NCBI GenBank assembly: GCA_002189035.1
Contig: NEEC01000137.1
Span: 1-17,768, forward strand
From: Utricularia gibba
Taxonomy: Eukaryota; Plantae; Magnoliophyta
DNA: 17,768 nt
Reading direction: 5' to 3'
Shown: piece after piece, positions 7,541 through 17,768 of the stretch
Layout of the letters: each line of letters begins with the position of its first letter
Position numbering within the stretch: the first letter of the stretch is position 1
The notes under the pieces: generated by a model
Databases searched by the model: none
Told to the model about the DNA's origin: nothing
What the model saw: only the letters and a program-made list of their open reading frames with translations
Made by a program: the position numbers and the translations under genes

Positions 7541-10500
7541 TCAATTCGCATCGAAAACAAAATTCGTTGCACATCTGAAGGCTAATATAAGGCAATCTTT
7601 CGAGCATTTGTGCGTATTTTCGACTCATCACATGGAAGAACGAGGCCACCATCTACATTCATCTCGAAATCGATGAAATACATTCTTGCATGTCAACACA
7701 TTCGCATCGAGTCACATTTTCGCGAATGTGGTGGCCACTTCGTTGCACATCTGAAGGCTAATATAAGGCAATCTTTCGAGCATTTGTGCAGCTCGGACGA
7801 ACAAGTTCTCAACACGAAAGAAGACCGGCTCGGAACGAGCTTCGAAACGGTATGATATGTGCAACATGACTCATCACCGTTCGCAAGATATCCACTCGAT
7901 ACCGAAGAGTGCACGAGGCCACCATGAGGTGTGGCTAGGGACGGAAATCGATGCATTCGCAAATCACATTCGCATCGAGTCATGAGTCACATTTCGTGCC
8001 AACATCTGAAGGCTCAATCAGCCTTTCTCAACATCGTTCGATCAACATGACTCGATATCCGATACCGATGCACGAGGCCACCATGAGGTAGGTGATCATC
8101 TCGAGTCCACATACATGTCAGCATCGAGTCAGGTGTCCCGAGTCACATTTTCGCGAATGTGGTGGCCACTTCGTTGCACATCTGAAGGCTAATATAAGGC
8201 AATCTTTCGAGCATTTGTGCAGCCTCGGACGAACAAGTTCTCAACACGAAATCGTTCGGCTGACGTAACGAGCTTCGACACACGGAAATATGATGAAATG
8301 TGCATGTCACATGATCTCAGGTCCCGAGTCACATTTCGCGAATGTGGTGGCCACTTCGTTGCACATCTGAAGGCTAATCCAGCATTTGTGCAGATTCGAA
8401 GAGTTGAGGCATCTCATGAAGGCTGGATAGGGACACACAAATGATCATCTCGAAATCCAAAATTTCACATCGTCCCATGAAATACATACGTCTTGCATGT
8501 CAAAAATCACATTCGCATCGAGTCAGGTGTCCCGAGTCACATTTTCGCGAATGTGGTGGCCACTTCGTTGCACATCTGAAGGCTAATATAAGGCAATCTT
8601 TCGAGCATTTGTGCAGCTTCGACCGGCTCGGAACGAGCTTCGAAACGGTATGATATGTGCAACATGACTCATCACCGTTCGCAAGATATCCACTCGATAC
8701 CGAAGAGTGCACGAGGCCACCATGAGGGTGGCTAGGGACGGAGACATACATGTCGCAAGTCATGATCACATCTCCAACATCTGATCAATCAAAGCCTCGG
8801 ACGAACAAGTTCTCAACACGAAAGAAGACCTCGTCCCATGAGACGATACGACACGAGGCCACCATGAGGTGATGATCATCTCGAAATCCAAAATTTCACA
8901 TCGTCCCACATACGATGTCAGCATCGAGTCAGGTGTCCCGAGTCACATTTTCGCGAATGTGGTGGCCACTTCGTTGCACATCTGAAGGCTAATATAAGGC
9001 AATCTTTCGAGCATTTGTGCAGCCTCGGACGAACAAGTTCTCAACACGAAAGAAGACCGGCTCGGAACGAGCTTCGAAACGGTATGATATGTGCAACATG
9101 ACTCATCACCGTTCGCAAGATATCCACTCGATACCGAAGAGTGCACGAGGCCACCATGAGTAGGGAGGGACATCGACAGCAAATGAGTCACATTTTCGCG
9201 AATCCACTTCGTTGCACATCTGAAGGCTAATATTCTCAACATCGGAATCCCAACATGAATCACACGATGCACGAGGCCTCAGGACGATCAAAGTCGCATC
9301 GAAGGAAGGTGTCCCGAGTCACATTTTCGCGAATGTGGTGGCCACTTCGTTGCACATCTGAAGGCTAATATAAGGCAATCTTTCGAGCATTTGTGCAGCT
9401 TTCTCAACACGAAAGAAGACCGGCTCGGAACGAGCTTCGAAACGGTATGATATGTGCAACATGACTCATCACCGTTCGCAAGATATCCACTCGATACCGA
9501 AGAGTGCACGAGGCCACCATGAGGTGGTGGCTAGGGACACACCCTTAAATGATCATCTCGAAATCCAAAATTTCACATCGTCCCATGAAATACATACGTC
9601 TTGCATGTCAAAAATCACATTCGCATCGAGTCAGGTGTCCCGAGTCACATTTTCGCGAATGTGGTGGCCACTTCGTTGCACATCTGAAGGCTAATATAAG
9701 GCAATCTTTCGAGCATTTGTGCAGCCTCGGACGAACAAGTTCTCAACACGAAAGAAGACCGGCTCGGAACGAGCTTCGAAACGGTATGATATGTGCAACA
9801 TGACTCATCACCGTTCGCAAGATATCCACTCGATACCGAAGAGTGCACGAGGCCACCATGAGGTGGTGGCTAGGGACACAAAATGATCATCTCGAAATCC
9901 AAAATTTCACATCGTCCATGAAATACATACGATGTCAAAAATCACATTCGCATCGAGTCAGGTGTCCCGAGTCACATTTTCGCGAATGTGGTGGCCACTT
10001 CGTTGCACATCTGAAGGCTAATATAAGGCAATCTTTCGAGCATTTGTGCAGCCTCGGACGAACAAGTTCTCAACACGAAAGAAGGCTCGGAACGAGCTTC
10101 GAAACGGTATGATATGTGCAACATGACGGCAAGATATCGATACCGCATGAGGTCTAGGGACACACGATCATCTCGAAATCCAAAATTTCACATCGTCCCA
10201 TGAAATACATACGTCTTGCATGTCAAAAATCACATTCGCATCGAGTCAGGTGTCCCGAGTCACATTTTCGCGAATGTGGTGGCCACTTCGTTGCACATCT
10301 GAAGGCTAATATAAGGCAATCTTTCGAGCATTTGTGCAGCCTCGGACGAACAAGTTCTCAACACGAAAGAAGACCGGCTCGGAACGAGCTTCGAAACGGT
10401 ATGATATGTGCAACATGACTCATCACCGAAGATATCCACTCGATACCGAAGAGTGCACGAGGCCACCATGAGGTGGTGGCTAGGGACACACCCTTAAATG

Positions 10501-10960
10501 ATCATCTCGAAATCCAAAATTTCACATCGTCCCATGAAATACATACGTCTTGCATGTCAAAAATCACATTCGCATCGAGTCAGGTGTCCCGAGTCACATT
10601 TTCGCGAATGTGGTGGCCACTTCGTTGCACATCTGAAGGCTAATATAAGGCAATCTTTCGAGCATTTGTGCAGCTCGGACGAACAAGTTCTCAACACGAA
10701 AGAAGACCGGCTCGGAACGAGCTTCGAAACGGTATGATATGTGCAACATGACTCATCACCGTTCGCAAGATATCCACTCGATACCGAAGAGTGCACGAGG
10801 CCACCATGAGGTGGTGGCTAGGGACACACGGGATGATGTGCAACACAATTCATCCCGAGTCACATTTCGCGAATGTGGTGGCCACTTCGTTGCACATCTG
10901 AAGGCTAATATAAGGCAATCTTTCGAGCATCGGACGAACAAGTTCTCACACGAAGAAGTT
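7541..10960 (+). repeat. Degenerate zone of the same array: truncated or collapsed monomers interleaved with a few near-intact ones
   Basis: Monomer motifs keep their order but large blocks are missing at about 7541-7710, 7940-8125, 8250-8440, 8617-8625, 8740-8930, 9160-9310, 10125-10165 and 10829-10960. Near-intact copies start at 9549 and 10498. Confidence 0.88.
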
Positions 10961-13900
10961 TCGAAACGGTATGATATGTGCAACATGACTCATCACCGTT
11001 CGCAAGATATCCACTCGATACCGAAGAGTGCACGAGGCCACCATGAGGTGTGGCTAGGACACACCCTTAAATGATCATCTCGAAATCCAAAATTTCACAT
11101 CGTCCCATGAAATACATACGTCTTGCATGTCAAAAATCACATTCGCATCGAGTCAGGTGTCCCGAGTCACATTTTCGCGAATGTGGTGGCCACTTCGTTG
11201 CACATCTGAAGGCTAATATAAGGCAATCTTTCGAGCATTTGTGCAGCCTCGGACGAACAAGTTCTCAACACGAAAGAAGACCGGCTCGGAACGAGCTTCG
11301 AAACGGTATGATATGTGCAACATGACTCATCACCGTTCGCAAGATATCCACTCGATACCGAAGAGTGCACGAGGCCACCATGAGGTGGTGGCTAGGGACA
11401 CACCCTTAAATGATCATCTCGAAATCCAAAATTTCACATCGTCCCATGAAATACATACGTCTTGCATGTCAAAAATCACATTCGCATCGAGTCAGGTGTC
11501 CCGAGTCACATTTTCGCGAATGTGGTGGCCACTTCGTTGCACATCTGAAGGCTAATATAAGGCAATCTTTCGAGCATTTGTGCAGCTCGGACGAACAAGT
11601 TCTCAACACGAAAGAAGACCGGCTCGGAACGAGCTTCGAAACGGTATGATATGTGCAACATGACTCATCACCGTTCGCAAGATATCCACTCGATACCGAA
11701 GAGTGCACGAGGCCACCATGAGGTGTGGCTAGGGACACACCTTAAATGATCATCTCGAAATCCAAAATTTCACATCGTCCCATGAAATACATACGTCTTG
11801 CATGTCAAAAATCACATTCGCATCGAGTCAGGTGTCCCGAGTCACATTTTCGCGAATGTGGTGGCCACTTCGTTGCACATCTGAAGGCTAATATAAGGCA
11901 ATCTTTCGAGCATTTGTGCAGCCTCGGACGAACAAGTTCTCAACACGAAAGAAGACCGGCTCGGAACGAGCTTCGAAACGGTATGATATGTGCAACATGA
12001 CTCATCACCGTTCGCAAGATATCCACTCGATACCGAAGAGTGCACGAGGCCACCATGAGGTGGTGGCTAGGACACACCCTTAAATGATCATCTCGAAATC
12101 CAAAATTTCACATCGTCCCATGAAATACATACGTCTTGCATGTCAAAAATCACATTCGCATCGAGTCAGGTGTCCCGAGTCACATTTCGCGAATGTGGTG
12201 GCCACTTCGTTGCACATCTGAAGGCTAATATAAGGCAATCTTTCGAGCATTTGTGCAGCCTCGGACGAACAAGTTCTCAACACGAAAGAAGACCGGCTCG
12301 GAACGAGCTTCGAAACGGTATGATATGTGCAACATGACTCATCACCGTTCGCAAGATATCCACTCGATACCGAAGAGTGCACGAGGCCACCATGAGGTGG
12401 TGGCTAGGGACACACCCTTAAATGATCATCTCGAAATCCAAAATTTCACATCGTCCCATGAAATACATACGTCTTGCATGTCAAAAATCACATTCGCATC
12501 GAGTCAGGTGTCCCGAGTCACATTTTCGCGAATGTGGTGGCCACTTCGTTGCACATCTGAAGGCTAATATAAGGCAATCTTTCGAGCATTTGTGCAGCCT
12601 CGGACGAACAAGTTCTCAACACGAAAGAAGACCGGCTCGGAACGAGCTTCGAAACGGTATGATATGTGCAACATGACTCATCACCGTTCGCAAGATATCC
12701 ACTCGATACCGAAGAGTGCACGAGGCCACCATGAGGTGGTGGCTAGGGACACACCCTTAAATGATCATCTCGAAATCCAAAATTTCACATCGTCCCATGA
12801 AATACATACGTCTTGCATGTCAAAAATCACATTCGCATCGAGTCAGGTGTCCCGAGTCACATTTTCGCGAATGTGGTGGCCACTTCGTTGCACATCTGAA
12901 GGCTAATATAAGGCAATCTTTCGAGCATTTGTGCAGCCTCGGACGAACAAGTTCTCAACACGAAAGAAGACCGGCTCGGAACGAGCTTCGAAACGGTATG
13001 ATATGTGCAACATGACTCATCACCGTTAAGATATCCACTCGATACCGAAGAGTGCACGAGGCCACCATGAGGTTGTGGCTAGGGACACAAATGATCATCT
13101 CGAAATCCAAAATTTCACATCGTCCCATGAAATACATACGTCTTGCATGTCAAAAATCACATTCGCATCGAGTCAGGTGTCCCGAGTCACATTTCGCGAA
13201 TGTGGTGGCCACTTCGTTGCACATCTGAAGGCTAATATAAGGCAATCTTTCGAGCATTTGTGCAGCCTCGGACGAACAAGTTCTCAACACGAAAGAAGAC
13301 CGGCTCGGAACGAGCTTCGAAACGGTATGATATGTGCAACATGACTCATCACCGTTCGCAAGATATCCACTCGATACCGAAGAGTGCACGAGGCCACCAT
13401 GAGGTGGTGGCTAGGACACACCCTTAAATGATCATCTCGAAATCCAAAATTTCACATCGTCCCATGAAATACATACGTCTTGCATGTCAAAAATCACATT
13501 CGCATCGAGTCAGGTGTCCCGAGTCACATTTTCGCGAATGTGGTGGCCACTTCGTTGCACATCTGAAGGCTAATATAAGGCAATCTTTCGAGCATTTGTG
13601 CAGCCTCGGACGAACAAGTTCTCAACACGAAAGAAGACCGGCTCGGAACGAGCTTCGAAACGGTATGATATGTGCAACATGACTCATCACCGTTCGCAAG
13701 ATATCCACTCGATACCGAAGAGTGCACGAGGCCACCATGAGGTGGTGGCTAGGGACACACCCTTAAATGATCATCTCGAAATCCAAAATTTCACATCGTC
13801 CCATGAAATACATACGTCTTGCATGTCAAAAATCACATTCGCATCGAGTCAGGTGTCCCGAGTCACATTTTCGCGAATGTGGTGGCCACTTCGTTGCACA

Positions 13901-16900
13901 TCTGAAGGCTAATATAAGGCAATCTTTCGAGCATTTGTGCAGCCTCGGACGAACAAGTTCTCAACACGAAAGAAGACCGGCTCGGAACGAGCTTCGAAAC
14001 GGTATGATATGTGCAACATGACTCATCACCGTTCGCAAGATATCCACTCGATACCGAAGAGTGCACGAGGCCACCATGAGGTGGTGGCTAGGGACACACC
14101 CTTAAATGATCATCTCGAAATCCAAAATTTCACATCGTCCCATGAAATACATACGTCTTGCATGTCAAAAATCACATTCGCATCGAGTCAGGTGTCCCGA
14201 GTCACATTTTCGCGAATGTGGTGGCCACTTCGTTGCACATCTGAAGGCTAATATAAGGCAATCTTTCGAGCATTTGTGCAGCCTCGGACGAACAAGTTCT
14301 CAACACGAAAGAAGACCGGCTCGGAACGAGCTTCGAAACGGTATGATATGTGCAACATGACTCATCACCGTTCGCAAGATATCCACTCGATACCGAAGAG
14401 TGCACGAGGCCACCATGAGGTGGTGGCTAGGGACACACCCTTAAATGATCATCTCGAAATCCAAAATTTCACATCGTCCCATGAAATACATACGTCTTGC
14501 ATGTCAAAAATCACATTCGCATCGAGTCAGGTGTCCCGAGTCACATTTTCGCGAATGTGGTGGCCACTTCGTTGCACATCTGAAGGCTAATATAAGGCAA
14601 TCTTTCGAGCATTTGTGCAGCCTCGGACGAACAAGTTCTCAACACGAAAGAAGACCGGCTCGGAACGAGCTTCGAAACGGTATGATATGTGCAACATGAC
14701 TCATCACCGTTCGCAAGATATCCACTCGATACCGAAGAGTGCACGAGGCCACCATGAGGTGTGGCTAGGGACACACCCTTAAATGATCATCTCGAAATCC
14801 AAAATTTCACATCGTCCCATGAAATACATACGTCTTGCATGTCAAAAATCACATTCGCATCGAGTCAGGTGTCCCGAGTCACATTTTCGCGAATGTGGTG
14901 GCCACTTCGTTGCACATCTGAAGGCTAATATAAGGCAATCTTTCGAGCATTTGTGCAGCCTCGGACGAACAAGTTCTCAACACGAAAGAAGACCGGCTCG
15001 GAACGAGCTTCGAAACGGTATGATATGTGCAACATGACTCATCACCGTTCGCAAGATATCCACTCGATACCGAAGAGTGCACGAGGCCACCATGAGGTGG
15101 TGGCTAGGGACACACCCTTAAATGATCATCTCGAAATCCAAAATTTCACATCGTCCCATGAAATACATACGTCTTGCATGTCAAAAATCACATTCGCATC
15201 GAGTCAGGTGTCCCGAGTCACATTTTCGCGAATGTGGTGGCCACTTCGTTGCACATCTGAAGGCTAATATAAGGCAATCTTTCGAGCATTTGTGCAGCTC
15301 GGACGAACAAGTTCTCAACACGAAAGAAGACCGGCTCGGAACGAGCTTCGAAACGGTATGATATGTGCAACATGACTCATCACCGTTCGCAAGATATCCA
15401 CTCGATACCGAAGAGTGCACGAGGCCACCATGAGGTGGTGGCTAGGGACACACCCTTAAATGATCATCTCGAAATCCAAAATTTCACATCGTCCCATGAA
15501 ATACATACGTCTTGCATGTCAAAAATCACATTCGCATCGAGTCAGGTGTCCCGAGTCACATTTTCGCGAATGTGGTGGCCACTTCGTTGCACATCTGAAG
15601 GCTAATATAAGGCAATCTTTCGAGCATTTGTGCAGCCTCGGACGAACAAGTTCTCAACACGAAAGAAGACCGGCTCGGAACGAGCTTCGAAACGGTATGA
15701 TATGTGCAACATGACTCATCACCGTTCGCAAGATATCCACTCGATACCGAAGAGTGCACGAGGCCACCATGAGGTTGTGGCTAGGGACACACCCTTAAAT
15801 GATCATCTCGAAATCCAAAATTTCACATCGTCCCATGAAATACATACGTCTTGCATGTCAAAAATCACATTCGCATCGAGTCAGGTGTCCCGAGTCACAT
15901 TTTCGCGAATGTGGTGGCCACTTCGTTGCACATCTGAAGGCTAATATAAGGCAATCTTTCGAGCATTTGTGCAGCTCGGACGAACAAGTTCTCAACACGA
16001 AAGAAGACCGGCTCGGAACGAGCTTCGAAACGGTATGATATGTGCAACATGACTCATCACCGTTCGCAAGATATCCACTCGATACCGAAGAGTGCACGAG
16101 GCCACCATGAGGTTGTGGCTAGGACACACCCTTAAATGATCATCTCGAAATCCAAAATTTCACATCGTCCCATGAAATACATACGTCTTGCATGTCAAAA
16201 ATCACATTCGCATCGAGTCAGGTGTCCCGAGTCACATTTTCGCGAATGTGGTGGCCACTTCGTTGCACATCTGAAGGCTAATATAAGGCAATCTTTCGAG
16301 CATTTGTGCATCGGACGAACAAGTTCTCAACACGAAAGAAGACCGGCTCGGAACGAGCTTCGAAACGGTATGATATGTGCAACATGACTCATCACCGTTC
16401 GCAAGATATCCACTCGATACCGAAGAGTGCACGAGGCCACCATGAGTGGCTAGGACCACCTTAAATGATCATCTCGAAATCCAAAATTTCACATCGTCCC
16501 AATACATACGTCTTGCATGTCAAAAATCACATTCGCATCGAGTCAGGTGTCCCGAGTCCACTTTCGCGAATGTGGTGGCCACTTCGTTGCACATCTGAAG
16601 GCTAATATAAGGCAATCTTTCGAGCATTTGTGCAGCCTCGACGAACAAGTTCTCAACACGAAAGAAGACCGGCTCGGAACGAGCTTCGAAACGGTATGAT
16701 ATGTGCAACATGACTCATCACCGTTCGCAAGATATCCACTCGATACCGAAGAGTGCACGAGGCCACCATGAGGTGGTGGCTAGGGACACACCCTTAAATG
16801 ATCATCTCGAAATCCAAAATTTCACATCGTCCCATGAAATACATACGTCTTGCATGTCAAAAATCACATTCGCATCGAGTCAGGTGTCCCGAGTCACATT

Positions 16901-17768
16901 TTCGCGAATGTGGTGGCCACTTCGTTGCACATCTGAAGGCTAATATAAGGCAATTTTCGAGCATTTGTGCAGCCTCGGACGAACAAGTTCTCAACACGAA
17001 AGAAGACCGGCTCGGAACGAGCTTCGAAACGGATATGTGCAACATGACTCATCACCGTTCGCAAGATATCCACTCGATACCGAAGAGTGCACGAGGCCAC
17101 CATGAGTGTGGCTAGGACACACCCTTAAATGATCATCTCGAAATCCAAAATTTCACATCGTCCCATGAAATACATACGTCTTGCATGTCAAAAATCACAT
17201 TCGCATCGAGTCAGGTGTCCCGAGTCACATTTTCGCGAATGTGGTGGCCACTTCGTTGCACATCTGAAGCTAATATAAGGCAATCTTTCGAGCATTTGTG
17301 CCTCCTCGACGAACAAGTTCTCAACACGAAAAAAGACCGGCTCGGAACGAGCTTCGAAACGGTATGTGCAACATGACTCATCACCTTCGCAAGATATCCA
17401 CTCGATACCGAAGAGTGCACGAGGCCACCATGAGGTTTGGCTAGGACACACCCTTAAATGATCATCTCGAAATCCAAAATTTCACATCGTCCCATGAAAT
17501 ACATACGTCTTGCATGTCAAAAATCACATTCGCATCGAGTCAGGTGTCCCGAGTCACATTTTCGCGAATGTGGTGGCCACTTCGTTGCACATCTGAAGGC
17601 TAATATAAGGCAATCTTTCGAGCATTTGTGCAGCCTCGGACGAACAAGTTCTCAACACGAAGAGACCGGCTCGGAACGAGCTTCGAACGGTATGATATGT
17701 GCAACATGACTCATCACCGTTCGCAAGATATCCACTCGATACCGAAGAGTGCACGAGGCCACCATGAG
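10961..17768 (+). repeat. Right homogeneous sub-array, about 20 near-intact monomers
   Basis: Unit starts at 11071, 11410, 11746 ... 17458. The cleanest copies lie at 13428-15121, and indel density rises again after about 16300. Confidence 0.9.

Larger units (their letters stand above)
1..17768. repeat. Tandem (satellite-type) array of a 339-bp monomer, head-to-tail, about 52 monomer lengths (about 57 unit starts including truncated copies), continuing beyond both window ends
   Basis: The landmark AAATGATCATCTCG recurs at 89, 423, 758, 1088, 1425, 1764, 2103, 2441 ... 16798, 17129, 17458. Spacing is exactly 339 between clean copies (1425/1764/2103; 13428/13767/14106/14445). Identical peptides recur throughout the ORF track. 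No inverted copy or unique sequence was seen. Confidence 0.98.

Noticed and set aside
10835-10844. GATGTGCAAC as a possible local inversion (exact reverse complement of GTTGCACATC)
   Set aside because: It is equally explained as the forward GATATGTGCAAC with a 2-nt loss inside a garbled segment, and is too short to call an inversion.
89-17754. The many ORFs in the track as protein-coding genes
   Set aside because: All are the same few translations of one repeat. They overlap on both strands, are reshuffled by 1-nt indels, and show no recognisable domain, operon or exon structure. None is annotated as CDS.
1-17768. CRISPR array
   Set aside because: The entire 339-bp unit repeats. There are no unique spacers between short repeats and no cas genes.
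16300-17768. Higher indel density at both window ends as a biological divergence gradient
   Set aside because: The lesions are unshared small deletions typical of falling read quality or coverage, and the array edge is not visible in the window.

Overview
The whole 17,768-nt window is one head-to-tail tandem array of a 339-bp monomer (about 47.5% GC by hand count). It holds about 52 monomer lengths, or about 57 unit starts when truncated copies are counted. All copies are in one orientation, the array runs off both ends, and there is no unique flank, gene, RNA gene, transposase or CRISPR spacer. Every ORF in the track is a translation of this monomer. Intact copies are nearly identical and differ almost only by 1-3 nt deletions at a few fixed sites. 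A zone at about 7541-10960 contains collapsed, scrambled copies. The least obvious feature is that the monomer is a cryptic imperfect palindrome. About ten short stems are nested on one axis (about 1952 in the reference copy), and a second small hairpin sits at the diametrically opposite point of the 339-nt circle. A circularised monomer would therefore fold as a largely unbranched rod. Two readings fit: (a) a very homogeneous eukaryotic satellite whose monomer is an old inverted dimer of a ~170-bp unit, or (b) a rolling-circle concatemer or integrated copy of a small rod-shaped circular nucleic acid of viroid size. I found no canonical ribozyme or viroid CCR, and the source organism cannot be determined from the sequence alone.
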